A stretch of DNA of 64,000 bases from a virus (taxonomy: Duplodnaviria; Heunggongvirae; Uroviricota; Caudoviricetes): the IMG/VR virus record IMGVR_UViG_3300046804_001959; one strand, given 5' to 3'. The position numbers and the translations under genes were made by a program. Under the pieces are notes generated by a model, which saw nothing but the letters and a program-made list of their open reading frames with translations, was not told where the DNA came from and did not search any database. Below, piece by piece: positions 17,360-27,443 of the stretch (positions are counted from its first letter, which is position 1; each line of letters begins with the position of its first letter).

Positions 17360-18994
17360 TTACTTTCCTACCAAGTCTGGCACGTTTGGCAGAGAAGTGG
17401 ATTTATGTTTAGCTGGAGGTGAAGGAGGTGTACCAGCATCGTCTACTGGCGGTGCTTCTGCTCCAGGAATCGGTTGTCCGTCCGGTCCAACCGCTGGTTC
17501 TGCATACTGCGGATTGTCTTGTTCTTCAGCGATCTGCTCGTCGATTTCCTTCATGTCCTCTTCTGTCTGATAGAGAACGTTACGACGAATCCATTCATGT
17601 GAGTAGTACTTGCCTGCATAGTCATCGATATCACGAAGCATCGAGATACGATCGCGAAGAATCTCAGTATTCTTCAACTCGGCAAAGTGGTTGTCTTCTG
17701 AGTACTCGTACTTGAAGTTCGACTTAAACTCTGCCCAATCTTCTGAGGTAATGATACCCTTGAGGATCAGTTGCTTTTCAAGGATCTTGCTGAAGAGCTC
17801 AGAGAAACGAGCACGTAGACGAGTGATGAACTTCGCGAACTTAACTTCGTCGCGAGTGATCTCGGTAGCACGACCAAAGTTGAAAGCCTGTTCAGGATCG
17901 AGTCTCGAGATAGGAACGTTCAGAGCTTTGTACAGCTTACGTTGGAAGTATACGACGTCGTCCATCTGACCAAGGTTCTGGCCACCTGGCAGAGTGGTGA
18001 TTTCTGTTCCCTTACCGCCTTCACGACGTGGTAGCCAGAAATCTTCAAGCATCGTCATGTGCTTGCGATCGTCTCTGATCTCGCCTGTACCGGCATCGTA
18101 GACTACCTTATTCTTGAAGCGAGTCATGATATCACGGAGATACTGCTCGGCTTTCATCTTCGGTAGGTTACCAACGTCGATGTAGAAGATACGACGCTCA
18201 GGTGCACGTGAGATACGATAGATGACCAACGAGTCTTCCATCGCTTTTAACTGGTTCAGAGGCTTGATAGCCTTCTGAAGGTAACCAAGAACCATATCAC
18301 CCTTAACGTTGACGATGCCTGAAGCAACGTTTACGATCGAGTCGACTGCGATCTTGATACCTTGTGTTGTGGGATCTTGATAGTTAGGCTGAGTCGGTAC
18401 TTTACCGAAGCCGTTCTCGTTGTAGATGTAGAACTCTTCTCCCTTGGCAGGAACGATGACGTTCGAGTCTTTCGAGACTTTTCTTTTCTTCTGAGTCTTG
18501 ATCTTACGAATCTTACGAGGATCGACGTAGCGAAGTTCTTTGATACCTTCTTGAGGCTTCTTCTCGTCGATCATGACATGGTAGAAAAGACGACCGTCTA
18601 CATACCACTTCTTAAAGATCTCGTATGCATGCTGATTGAACTCAAGGAGTTCGAGTACTGTATCGAACTCCTCGAGGATCAACTTTTTGATTCGTTCTGG
18701 TTGTTCAAGATCGTCGAGGTTAAGAGAGACTACCTCTTTCTTTGGATCAAGGACTACAGCTTCGTTGAGGATATCATCGAGAGCAAGCTCGATGTCTGGA
18801 TGCTGAGCCATCTCGCGGTACTTGCTGACGAGTTCTGACTCGGTGCGAATAGCACCTTCCATATCAACGTATTGGCCGTACGCTCCACCTTCGGCAAGAA
18901 CAAGTGATCCCTCATCGTCCGGTTTAGGAACAAACGAAGGGAGTTCTTTTTCCTCTTGCTTTCTCTTGATTTCAAAACCAAATAACTCGGCCAT
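17360..18994 (-). CDS. gp20: Portal protein gp20
   Basis: WYVDGRL, YRISRAPERRIFYIDVGNLPKMKAEQY, EDFWLPRREGGKGTEITTLPGG. Confidence 0.98.
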   Translation of the reverse strand: MAELFGFEIKRKQEEKELPSFVPKPDDEGSLVLAEGGAYGQYVDMEGAIRTESELVSKYREMAQHPDIELALDDILNEAVVLDPKKEVVSLNLDDLEQPERIKKLILEEFDTVLELLEFNQHAYEIFKKWYVDGRLFYHVMIDEKKPQEGIKELRYVDPRKIRKIKTQKKRKVSKDSNVIVPAKGEEFYIYNENGFGKVPTQPNYQDPTTQGIKIAVDSIVNVASGIVNVKGDMVLGYLQKAIKPLNQLKAMEDSLVIYRISRAPERRIFYIDVGNLPKMKAEQYLRDIMTRFKNKVVYDAGTGEIRDDRKHMTMLEDFWLPRREGGKGTEITTLPGGQNLGQMDDVVYFQRKLYKALNVPISRLDPEQAFNFGRATEITRDEVKFAKFITRLRARFSELFSKILEKQLILKGIITSEDWAEFKSNFKYEYSEDNHFAELKNTEILRDRISMLRDIDDYAGKYYSHEWIRRNVLYQTEEDMKEIDEQIAEEQDNPQYAEPAVGPDGQPIPGAEAPPVDDAGTPPSPPAKHKSTSLPNVPDLVGK

Positions 18995-19015
18995 GTGATC
19001 TCCAATTTAACTAAC

Positions 19016-19048
19016 AAAAAAAGTAAGGGGAATGGTTACCCCTTACTT
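19016..19048 (-). terminator. Rho-independent terminator after gp19
   Basis: 10-bp stem AAGTAAGGGG/CCCCTTACTT followed by a T-run on the minus strand. Confidence 0.85.
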
Positions 19049-19049
19049 A

Positions 19050-19586
19050 TTAATCACCGCCGGCGTCGCCTGTTACACTGTTACCAATTGTCCAGTAGTC
19101 GTACTGGAAGGTAACCTGGAACAGTTCGATCTGGTCAGTTGTGGACCAGTCAAGTTCAATCGGGCTGATGTTGCTTGGGAAGATACCGTTGAACTCGTAT
19201 GTACGCAGCTTCGAACCGTCTTTACCAAACTGAGTTACCTGAGCTTGTGACTTGTAACGGTTGATCTCTCTGACGTTACGTTGTAGACGGTTGATCGCGT
19301 TCGACCATTCTTCCATGGCGTTACGGATCAGGAAGTCTTCGTCGTTGATGATCGTGACTGTCCATTCGGCGAACGTTCTGTCACCAGCTAACTTCATCTG
19401 ACGGCCAAAGTAATAGACTGGAATGACTCCGAGGTCAGAGCCAGGCAGCTGAGCTGCCTGACACATGAACCGAGTCTTCGCGTCGCCAGCTCCGTTTGCA
19501 GGGTTGTTGATCTGCACTTGGAACAGGTTTTGTCTTGCACCGCCGTAAGTTAGTTGGCTTCTCATTTCATTGATATTAAAAGCCAT
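19050..19586 (-). CDS. gp19: Tail tube protein gp19
   Basis: GGARQNLFQV, AAQLPGS, GDRTFAEWTVTIINDEDF.IRNAME.W, FQVTFQYDYW. Confidence 0.96.
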   Translation of the reverse strand: MAFNINEMRSQLTYGGARQNLFQVQINNPANGAGDAKTRFMCQAAQLPGSDLGVIPVYYFGRQMKLAGDRTFAEWTVTIINDEDFLIRNAMEEWSNAINRLQRNVREINRYKSQAQVTQFGKDGSKLRTYEFNGIFPSNISPIELDWSTTDQIELFQVTFQYDYWTIGNSVTGDAGGD

Positions 19587-19610
19587 TTACTTTCCTCCTA
19601 GGTTTGTCTT

Positions 19611-19618
19611 TATTTATT
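19611..19618 (-). promoter_or_regulatory. Late promoter variant AATAAATA upstream of gp19
   Basis: At the gp18 stop / intergenic gap. Confidence 0.55.
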
Positions 19619-22238
19619 AGAACTGGCCAGCGATTTCATTGAATTCGACACCAGATCTTACGGCAACGAAGTTCAGCTGGATGAAGTTGATCGACTTAGC
19701 AGGCTTGATGTAGATGTCTCCAACAAAGCGGTTGCTATCGATTACTTCAGCAGTGTTGTTCGTTTCATCGCAAACCACGCGGAAGTCGTAGATACCGCGG
19801 CGACCTTGAACGTCGCGTAGGTAAGGTTCTACGAGGTTTCTGAACTGAGCTCTTGTGAACTCATCGTTGAACTCAAACAGTGCCGAGTTTGAAGCAGTGG
19901 CGATCGCCTTTTCAAGGACGATGAACAGGCGACGTACGTTGATACGATCGAATGCGCTTGAACGTCCAAGGAGTGTCTTGTCTCCGTAAAGCACTGTGCC
20001 TTGACCTGGGAACGTAACGACTGGGTTGACATCGTTCTTGTACAGAAGATCTCTTTCAGTCTTGTTCGGGCTGAAGGCAAGCTTTACAAGGTTCTTGATC
20101 TGACCACGTGTGAAGCCAGCTGGCGAGAACCAAGGATCTCTTACGCTATCGCTACGAGCTGTGATACCAGCGATATCGCCGTTTAGCGGGATATAACGGT
20201 ATACATCAGCGTACTTGTCGTACTGGTACTTGTAACCAGAATCGAGGAATGCATAAGAAGTGTTATGTAGAGCGTTTCTGAAGTCTACAATGTTCTGAGC
20301 TTGGACACCTTCAAGACCGATACCTACGACGTCTGACTTAGCAGGCGAGATGAACGCAACGCAATCCTTACGAACTTCGACAACGTTATCGATCAGGTAG
20401 TTGGCTAGTTGAACATCATTTGTTCCGATTGCCTTACCTTGTAGAACCAGAGAAAGGTCTACAGTGCTTGCATCAGCGAACAGATCGTAAGCTGCACCAA
20501 GAGCTGTCATCGAAACTGTTGTTTCTGATGCTCCGTCTGCACCACGTACGAACGACTTGCTGTAAGTAGTTGTGTTTGTAGAATCGCTGAGATCTCCAAG
20601 AACAGCTGATGCTGCACCTGAACGATCGTTTGTCGCCCAAACCCAACGTGAGAAGTCGTTGATGATCGTCTTGTAGTAGTTCGTTGTACCGTCGTCCTTC
20701 TTGGCGTCTGTGGCGCGTGAAAGGTTTTGGTAAATTTCAAGAACTTGACCTGGTGTACCCGAGATCAGACCGTCTTCGTCTACAACTACGACTGAAACTT
20801 CGTCTGTGACTGCACGACCAGCTGCAGACATTGCAGATGATGTACCAGGAGCAGACTCAACAACGTTGAAGTATTCCCACTTACGTGTCAGTGCAGTCGA
20901 GCTAGCATTGGCTGACTTGTTCCACGTTGTGTCGAAACCGATGTTGAAGTAGATGTTTGTACCGTCGTCGAGCTGTGAACCCTTTGAAGTTACCTTCATG
21001 TTCTGCTTGCCGATGGTAGTGTTACCAACTTCAACGTAGTCGCCTACTGAAAGCTTGTTACGAAGTTCGGTAACAGCCGCACGTGCTTGTGTCAGCGTCA
21101 GACCAAGGTCTGTAGCTGATTGCTTAGTGATATAGTTCACTGAGTTAGCTGCACCGTTCGAGATCGAAACCGCTGAACCGCCTGAAGTAAGCGACAGCGA
21201 AAGACCAGTCGTGTTAGCACTGATTACGTAGTAAGTAGTACCTTCTGAGAGACCTTGGATGCTGTTGGCTGAAGATGCTGCACCCTTTGCAAACCATACT
21301 GCATCACCGTTTGTGAACAGCGTGTTAGCAGTAGCAAGAGAGATGAAGTTTGCAGATACGTTGTTCGAACCAAGTGTACGAGCAGTAGCAGAAGCAGCCA
21401 CACGATCGGCGAAGTCGTCTCCTGACCATACGAACACTACGTTAGCTGTATTGCTTCCTACTGCGATCGACATGGTTGCCGATGTAAGGTCTGCCAGAGC
21501 ATAAGTGTTAGCGGTCGTTGCACCCCATGTGGTGTTTGTTTCAAAAGTAACTGTTTCGCTGTACTGTTCTGCGCTGTCGCACATCGAGACCTTCAGCGAG
21601 TTACCAAGTGCACCGGGATAACGAGCGATAAACTCTGTACCATTGAATGCAGTGTTGGTTGCAGTCATGTTTTCGAACTGCTCTGTGTTCTTCACGATCA
21701 GGGCGAGGCTGTTTGCAGTTGAAGTATCACCAGCATAAGCAGAAAGAGTTACGTTGTTTGAAACGAACGTAAGCGACGCGTCGGTGCTGGTTGTAGCTGC
21801 ACGTGATAGAATAACCGTGTTGGTAGAAGCGTTAGCTGATACAACAAAAGTTCCATCAGGAATGCCGTCACCGATAACGAGGTGACCAGCTGCGACTCCA
21901 GTTGCATTCGATGCCAGAACAACAGTAGTGTTGCTGTTCAGGTTAGCAGAAGCTGAAGTGTTTGAGAACGCAGCGGTCGTTGTACCGGCGCGCGAAACAT
22001 ACAGGGCGTTTCCATAAGAAAGGAAGTTAGCTGCTGTGAAGAAGGTTTCGTAGTTATCGGCTGTCGGCTTACCGAAGCGATTTACGAGTGTATTTTCTGA
22101 ATCGACAAGAACGAACTTACCGATCGGACCCCAACGAAACACACCACCGATCCCGCCAACTGTAGTAGCGAGAGCTGGTACGGAAGTTGTAAGATCAATT
22201 TCGGAAACGTTGATTCCCGGGCTGACTTGAAACGCCAT
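19617..22238 (-). CDS. gp18: Tail sheath protein gp18 (enlarged, 873 aa)
   Basis: SPGINVSEIDL, F.WGP, PWFSPAGFTRG, DRINVRRLFIVLEKAI, KPAKSINFIQLNFVA. Confidence 0.97.
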   Translation of the reverse strand: MAFQVSPGINVSEIDLTTSVPALATTVGGIGGVFRWGPIGKFVLVDSENTLVNRFGKPTADNYETFFTAANFLSYGNALYVSRAGTTTAAFSNTSASANLNSNTTVVLASNATGVAAGHLVIGDGIPDGTFVVSANASTNTVILSRAATTSTDASLTFVSNNVTLSAYAGDTSTANSLALIVKNTEQFENMTATNTAFNGTEFIARYPGALGNSLKVSMCDSAEQYSETVTFETNTTWGATTANTYALADLTSATMSIAVGSNTANVVFVWSGDDFADRVAASATARTLGSNNVSANFISLATANTLFTNGDAVWFAKGAASSANSIQGLSEGTTYYVISANTTGLSLSLTSGGSAVSISNGAANSVNYITKQSATDLGLTLTQARAAVTELRNKLSVGDYVEVGNTTIGKQNMKVTSKGSQLDDGTNIYFNIGFDTTWNKSANASSTALTRKWEYFNVVESAPGTSSAMSAAGRAVTDEVSVVVVDEDGLISGTPGQVLEIYQNLSRATDAKKDDGTTNYYKTIINDFSRWVWATNDRSGAASAVLGDLSDSTNTTTYSKSFVRGADGASETTVSMTALGAAYDLFADASTVDLSLVLQGKAIGTNDVQLANYLIDNVVEVRKDCVAFISPAKSDVVGIGLEGVQAQNIVDFRNALHNTSYAFLDSGYKYQYDKYADVYRYIPLNGDIAGITARSDSVRDPWFSPAGFTRGQIKNLVKLAFSPNKTERDLLYKNDVNPVVTFPGQGTVLYGDKTLLGRSSAFDRINVRRLFIVLEKAIATASNSALFEFNDEFTRAQFRNLVEPYLRDVQGRRGIYDFRVVCDETNNTAEVIDSNRFVGDIYIKPAKSINFIQLNFVAVRSGVEFNEIAGQF

Positions 22239-22284
22239 TGTTATCTCCCTTTTGAAGGTTATTCATATAAGATAGGTTTTTGTT

Positions 22285-22292
22285 TATTTATA
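22285..22292 (-). promoter_or_regulatory. T4-type late promoter TATAAATA upstream of gp18
   Basis: Exact consensus overlapping the Coq4-like stop codon. Confidence 0.75.
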
Positions 22293-22998
22293 ACTTCAGC
22301 AATTCAGGAGATCTATCGACGAAGAAGCTTGGCCTTCTTACGCCCAATCGTTCCCTAGCATCTTGTAAGTTCTCTGATAATAATTTATCATAGTCCTCGG
22401 CGAGTAGAAACTTTGCCTTCTTACCATTCTTGTAGGCTTCGTATGCCATTCTTAATCTTGTAAGAGTGAAGTCCCTTTCTCGAAATGGTCGGCCGAGGTC
22501 GAACAAAATAGTAAGAGCTATAATTAGCCAACTCAGCGATCTCGTTTGTGCGAACGAGAACATAGCAAGGCACATCTCTCCATCGATAGTCGTAGGGTAA
22601 CCAGTTAATACGTGCCAAAAATCATGAGTATCACGATATCTTCGAGCCATCCAACTATATGGATGCTCAGCATCTATCCATTTATCATTAGCTTGTCTTC
22701 GACTAATCTTTACTACTTTCAACTGTGCTTGTTTAAACTTTTCGTATGAAATATGACCGACCGAACCAACAGGTCGATCTTTGAGTGTGGGAATATAGTG
22801 TAAAATCTCCTCGCTCTTAAATGCCATTTGACCGCCAATACGAGTCTCAAGCATCTTCTTGTAAGTATACTTAAGAGAAGGTCCACTGCCATGTCTAACG
22901 ATCTGAGAAAGAAATATCAAAGCGTTAGTAGGGTGATACAGAGTATGTTTCAGAGCTTTGAATAGTCTCTTAAGATCTAATCTATATTCGTCTTTCAT
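22288..22998 (-). CDS. Coq4-family protein (ubiquinone biosynthesis protein Coq4-like)
   Basis: RYRDTHDFWHVLTGYPTTIDGE = HDxxH-x11-E metal motif; GEMCLAMFSFAQT; AY..GKKAKFLLA.DY. True start is probably ATG at 22998, just after the gp17 stop, rather than 23100. Confidence 0.8.
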   Translation of the reverse strand: MKDEYRLDLKRLFKALKHTLYHPTNALIFLSQIVRHGSGPSLKYTYKKMLETRIGGQMAFKSEEILHYIPTLKDRPVGSVGHISYEKFKQAQLKVVKISRRQANDKWIDAEHPYSWMARRYRDTHDFWHVLTGYPTTIDGEMCLAMFSFAQTRSLSWLIIALTILFDLGRPFRERDFTLTRLRMAYEAYKNGKKAKFLLAEDYDKLLSENLQDARERLGVRRPSFFVDRSPELLKL

Positions 22999-22999
22999 A

Positions 23000-24673
23000 T
23001 CAAAAGTTTCCTTCAAAGAATCCTCTCTTACGATCCGCCCAGAACTCGTCCTTCTGGCCTCCATCGAACAGCGGTTCGTTGACCTCATCATCGTATGCAT
23101 CGTCTCCAGTGCTCATCAGACCGAAAGGCAGCATAGCTTGCTCGAGCATCTTCTCGTTCTGCTCGTAGATCTGCATACGAATGTCAAGGTTCGTGATCTC
23201 TTTCAAGTATGGCTGAGTCGTCAGCCATGCAAATAGAACACAGCACATGGCCATGTCGTCGTTACCTTCTTCGGCTTCGTATGACTGGTTACCTTTGAGA
23301 CTGTTCTTCAGAGAGAATCGATACAGCTCATAGATGGTATCGTAGTCGACGATGATAAACTTATCAGATTCCACCAAAGTCTTGAGAGTAGCGCAACCGA
23401 TTCTCTTCACCTGCTTGGTAGTCTTGACACCGTAGTGAGTCGTGGTAGCAAAGCCACCTGACAGACTCTGTCCAGTACGACCGTTGTTAGCAGTCACCAG
23501 AACTCCGTCGTACTCAAGATCGTAGTGAAGGATATCTGCTACCTGTTGACCGATGTCGTTTGTTTCGACAAGAACCAAGGCGTTGTTGTACTTGATCGCT
23601 GCACCGTAGATGATGTTCGGGTACACCATCGGAGAGATCAAGTTGTTTCGATACGTGGCCACCTGTCGATACGGCATCGTAGATACGTTGACGACAATGA
23701 AGGCAGAGTAGTCGGCTCCTGCTCCTCGAGAAGTATCGACAACGATAGCATAAATGGTATCAGGTTCTGGTTCCTCGTACACCTTCAACCCACCCACATC
23801 CTGTGCGATAGGTTGCTTGTAGACCATGTTACGAAGCTTGCTCGGATGGATCAGTGTGTTCGATGAACCAAGGAACTCGCACTCGTATTCCTGTCTGAAC
23901 TGTTCTTCAGAGGTGTTCGAGATCGTTTCTTCTTTCCAAGCCTCGTCACGGCCAGGAATTTGTGACCAGTGAACGTCGACTCTAGCATAAGCGTTACGAC
24001 CTTCTTCTGACTCTGTCCAGATACGGTAGAACATGTTCATACCGTTCGGTGTAGAGGTGATCAGAACCTTCGAACTCTGACCAGATGAAATAGTAGGATA
24101 GACCGATGCGAAGAACTCGTCCTGAATGTTGGTAGGTACGAACGCGAACTCGTCTAGGTAGACCATGTTCTGAGAAGTACCACGGATGGCGGAAGAAGAC
24201 GTAGCAGACGCAAGGATTTCAGATCCGTTCTCGAGCTTAATATTACCTTTGTTCCATTCTGTAACTCCCATCTGAAGCCACTTTGGAAGGTGTTCGAACA
24301 TGAGCTGGATACGACCAAGAATTTCACGAGCTTGTCTGTCCTTGTTGGCAAGAATAGCGATCGAGTACTCTTCGTTGAAAAGGATCTTCCACAGCAGGTA
24401 GGCAGCAACAGTAGTCGTCTTACCAACCTGACGTGGCATCTTACAGATGACAAATCGATTCTCTTCGAAAGCGAGGATCATCTCCTTCTGGAAATCCCAG
24501 AGAGGGAACATGATCAGACCCTTATCGATGTTGACGATCTTACAGTACGTTAAGATAAAGTAAATCGGATCCTCAGAACACTTGATGTATTCTTGGACCT
24601 GCTCGGGAGTATACTCTACCTTTGTGTCTGCGCGTTTGAGTCTAGGATTACCTAGATAGTTTTCACTCGCCAT
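23000..24673 (-). CDS. gp17: Terminase large subunit gp17
   Basis: RQVGKTT, YLDEFAF, ITSTPNG, FRQEYECEFLGS, DTSRG.G.DYSAF. Confidence 0.98.
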   Translation of the reverse strand: MASENYLGNPRLKRADTKVEYTPEQVQEYIKCSEDPIYFILTYCKIVNIDKGLIMFPLWDFQKEMILAFEENRFVICKMPRQVGKTTTVAAYLLWKILFNEEYSIAILANKDRQAREILGRIQLMFEHLPKWLQMGVTEWNKGNIKLENGSEILASATSSSAIRGTSQNMVYLDEFAFVPTNIQDEFFASVYPTISSGQSSKVLITSTPNGMNMFYRIWTESEEGRNAYARVDVHWSQIPGRDEAWKEETISNTSEEQFRQEYECEFLGSSNTLIHPSKLRNMVYKQPIAQDVGGLKVYEEPEPDTIYAIVVDTSRGAGADYSAFIVVNVSTMPYRQVATYRNNLISPMVYPNIIYGAAIKYNNALVLVETNDIGQQVADILHYDLEYDGVLVTANNGRTGQSLSGGFATTTHYGVKTTKQVKRIGCATLKTLVESDKFIIVDYDTIYELYRFSLKNSLKGNQSYEAEEGNDDMAMCCVLFAWLTTQPYLKEITNLDIRMQIYEQNEKMLEQAMLPFGLMSTGDDAYDDEVNEPLFDGGQKDEFWADRKRGFFEGNF

Positions 24674-25052
24674 CTCTGTTTTGCTTTAAATACTTTTGAA
24701 GTTCGGCAGTCGAGCCTACGAACAGGTTGTTTGTGACTTGCTGAGGAGAAGCAGTAGGATCGTCTTCCATCATCTTCTTCTTTTTGGCCTGCAAGTCAAG
24801 CAAGTCTTTACTCGCTCCGACCATTGTGTTCATCATGGTAGCAAGAACTTCGTATGCTCGAGGATGTTGACTCTGACGAGCCACATCCATGAGATCGAAG
24901 AGCGCTTCTTGCCCTTTATTGATGACTTCCATCATGTTCTCACGAGCATACTCAAAGTCAGCATCTACTTGTGTAGTCATCTTCTTCTCCACCACCGCCG
25001 GCAAGTTTTCACCCGGAGCGATGTTCAAAAACTTATCAAGTTCGTTACTCAT
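24663..25052 (-). CDS. gp16: Terminase small subunit gp16
   Basis: DFEYARENM, QHPRAYEV, VTNNLFVGSTAELQK. Confidence 0.93.
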   Translation of the reverse strand: MSNELDKFLNIAPGENLPAVVEKKMTTQVDADFEYARENMMEVINKGQEALFDLMDVARQSQHPRAYEVLATMMNTMVGASKDLLDLQAKKKKMMEDDPTASPQQVTNNLFVGSTAELQKYLKQNRDGE

Positions 25053-25882
25053 TATAGATTCTCTGTAATTGTATTGATAATACCGTAGTTATCTGTACTT
25101 ATGATTTCATCGTAGTCCACGCTGGCAGCAACGTTGCTTGTCGGTGTACCGTTCGCTGTCAGACCAGGACGAGAAGATACCACGATCGTATCATCAGTGT
25201 TAGTAGTATTTCCGGTTGCCACATCTTCTGGAAGTCTGAACGTGGTCTCAGCATACTTGATCAGTTTCGACTTCTTTGTCGGTCCATACAGCCAACCTTT
25301 AAGAGTAAACGTCAGAGTCCAGATCACTGCTCTTCTCTGTTCGAAGCTGCCTTCGTAAGAGTCTTGGTGTGTGATGCTATTCAAGATAACTGGAATATCT
25401 CGTGGAGCATCGACTTCTGGCACAAGATTTACGCTGACGGTAAAGTCTGGTGTAAAGTATGGGACGATTTGCTCTACTATTCTTGTGCCGTCTTCGGAGT
25501 TCTTCACAAGAATGTTCATCTCGAACTGCATGTCATACGGAACGGGTTGATACTGATACTTGACTTCATCATCCGAACCGGCCGTAGTGGACTGCTTCGT
25601 CAGTTTGTTCAGCGTATTGAGTTTACGAGTCGGATCGTATTCCATTGAAATCATCTCGAATGAGATTCTTGGAAGAACGATACCTACTTGATTGTTGAGA
25701 GTCGGGTTCTGTTCAAGACGTGCTAAAACTTTGTCTTTCGGACCGTAAGTTAAAGGGATCTTCAGCGTCTGAATGACCTCTCCAGTCGTGTTAGTACGAT
25801 TGATGTAGATATCGTTGAACAACGTACCGAACACGATGATGTATTTACGAAGAGTATCATGGCTCCAGGTTCTACCAAACAT
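25052..25882 (-). CDS. gp15: Tail sheath stabilizer / completion protein gp15
   Basis: IIVFGTLFNDI, IPLTYGPKDK, LPRISFE, EQIVPYFTP. Confidence 0.95.
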   Translation of the reverse strand: MFGRTWSHDTLRKYIIVFGTLFNDIYINRTNTTGEVIQTLKIPLTYGPKDKVLARLEQNPTLNNQVGIVLPRISFEMISMEYDPTRKLNTLNKLTKQSTTAGSDDEVKYQYQPVPYDMQFEMNILVKNSEDGTRIVEQIVPYFTPDFTVSVNLVPEVDAPRDIPVILNSITHQDSYEGSFEQRRAVIWTLTFTLKGWLYGPTKKSKLIKYAETTFRLPEDVATGNTTNTDDTIVVSSRPGLTANGTPTSNVAASVDYDEIISTDNYGIINTITENL

Positions 25883-26610
25883 TAAACCACTCCCTCGCTA
25901 AACGGATCTCTTTGTGTCCAGTCGAGGATGCCGTCTCCTTCGATCTCGAACTCTGTGTTGTCTTCGAACGGATCGCCGGCTTGACTTTCGAAATTATAAC
26001 CACCCTGTACGATCGGCGCGCCGTCTTGTGTCAACAGAATGAGACCGTCTGTCGTAGTGATGCTGTATAGATCCAAGTTAAGGCTAAGATCACGTTCGAT
26101 GTCGTCGATGGCTTTGATACCAGTATTCAGCTTCTCGCTGCTGTACTCGAACATCTCGCAAACGAGATCGTACATCTGGATTGCACCCATCTGATAGAAG
26201 ACAGGAGTCTTGTTGACGTACTTGACATACATCAGACGATCAGCCATCGGCAAGTAGATGAGATCGCCTTCTTGAGGACGATCGATCATTTCTAACTGGC
26301 CAATTTCATCCATAAAGTTGCGAACTGAAACCGTAAACGTTACCTGATCTCTAATCTCAAGACCGAACTTCGAGAGGAACTGACCGTCTCCTTCATAGCT
26401 CTCATAGCTACGAATGTACATATCGATCTCATAAGAAGAGTTGTACTCTGAGATAGTATCTTCTTCGTAGATATCGTCTTTTGCCTTGAGAGTTCTTGGA
26501 CAATAGAACACATCATGACCATACATCTTGATAGACTCAAGAACAAGGTTCTCGATCAAGATTTGTTCTTGACTGTTACTAAAGTTGTTAAAATAAAAAT
26601 TAGTCGACAT
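25882..26610 (-). CDS. gp14: Neck protein gp14
   Basis: EQILIENLVLESIKMYGHDVFYCPR, SKFGLEIRD, RPQEGDLIY. Confidence 0.95.
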   Translation of the reverse strand: MSTNFYFNNFSNSQEQILIENLVLESIKMYGHDVFYCPRTLKAKDDIYEEDTISEYNSSYEIDMYIRSYESYEGDGQFLSKFGLEIRDQVTFTVSVRNFMDEIGQLEMIDRPQEGDLIYLPMADRLMYVKYVNKTPVFYQMGAIQMYDLVCEMFEYSSEKLNTGIKAIDDIERDLSLNLDLYSITTTDGLILLTQDGAPIVQGGYNFESQAGDPFEDNTEFEIEGDGILDWTQRDPFSEGVV

Positions 26611-26613
26611 CGA

Positions 26614-27357
26614 TTATCCAATCATATCGAGGACAGGAAGCGAGTAAGAAGAGATCATCTCGTCTTCTAGCTTTCTTCTCTCGGCAACGGCATCGTCGTA
26701 GATCTTCTCTCCGTTAAACTGTACACCGCCAGGTAGAGTCATACCCGTAAACTTTGTAAGGTTCGAACCCCACTGTTCTTTGATCAGAACTGTAGCATAG
26801 TTCTGAAGCCAACGATCGTTGTATGCATCTGTCCATGTATCTGGATCGACTACTTCGTAAGCTTCGACGAGAAGGAACTCACCGACTGCTACTGTGTTCC
26901 AGTCCATGTCAACGTACAAACGATCTTTATGACGCGAGTAACGAATCGGTTGTTTACCGACCAGAAGTTCTGTCATGAGACCAAGGTGTTCCATCACCAT
27001 ATAGTATGGAACAAGAGATACATTTGTGAGGGTGTAGAGGTCGTTCAACGCGATCTGATAACGTATGTTGAAGAGGTCGTCAGAACGAATCGAAGGATCA
27101 CCCATCGAGAATACGCTGACAGCGCCGAGGATATTTTCTGGGAGAGTGATGTACTTGTTAGCTACATCGGTCTCTGTGATAGCGTGCTTGTAGTAGACTT
27201 TCTCTGAACCGTCGAAGTGATAGTCATACCAATAGCGAATCGCTTCGTCTACACGATCATCGACCTGATCGTCGTCTACGTTGATCTCGATTACTGGCTT
27301 GCCTAGCTTACGAAGACAGTATTCTTTGAACTCGGCTTTTGTTGTAGGAGTTGCCAT
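26614..27357 (-). CDS. gp13: Neck protein gp13
   Basis: YCLRKLGKPVIEINVDDDQ, QWGSNLTKF.G..LPGGV.FNG. Confidence 0.96.
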   Translation of the reverse strand: MATPTTKAEFKEYCLRKLGKPVIEINVDDDQVDDRVDEAIRYWYDYHFDGSEKVYYKHAITETDVANKYITLPENILGAVSVFSMGDPSIRSDDLFNIRYQIALNDLYTLTNVSLVPYYMVMEHLGLMTELLVGKQPIRYSRHKDRLYVDMDWNTVAVGEFLLVEAYEVVDPDTWTDAYNDRWLQNYATVLIKEQWGSNLTKFTGMTLPGGVQFNGEKIYDDAVAERRKLEDEMISSYSLPVLDMIG

Positions 27358-27390
27358 GTAATCCCTCTTTTAGTATATTTATCCACTAGC

Positions 27391-27411
27391 TATTTATAAG
27401 GCGCATAAATA
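27391..27411. promoter_or_regulatory. Divergent late promoters: TATAAATA (minus, 27391-27398, to gp13) and CATAAATA (plus, 27404-27411, to the oxygenase/GT pair)
   Basis: Back-to-back motifs in the 86-nt divergent gap. Confidence 0.65.
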
Positions 27412-27443
27412 CAGTCAGTAACACTATGAACAGGTGACTTGAC

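Noticed and set aside
22999-23100. N-terminal extension of the Coq4-like ORF (track start 23100)
   Set aside because: Overlaps the gp17 3' end; the ATG at 22998 right after the gp17 stop is more plausible.
12206-27357. Introns, inteins or homing endonucleases in core genes; tRNA genes in intergenic gaps
   Set aside because: gp17, gp20, gp23 and UvsW are of ordinary length with continuous motifs. The gaps are too short and show no cloverleaf.
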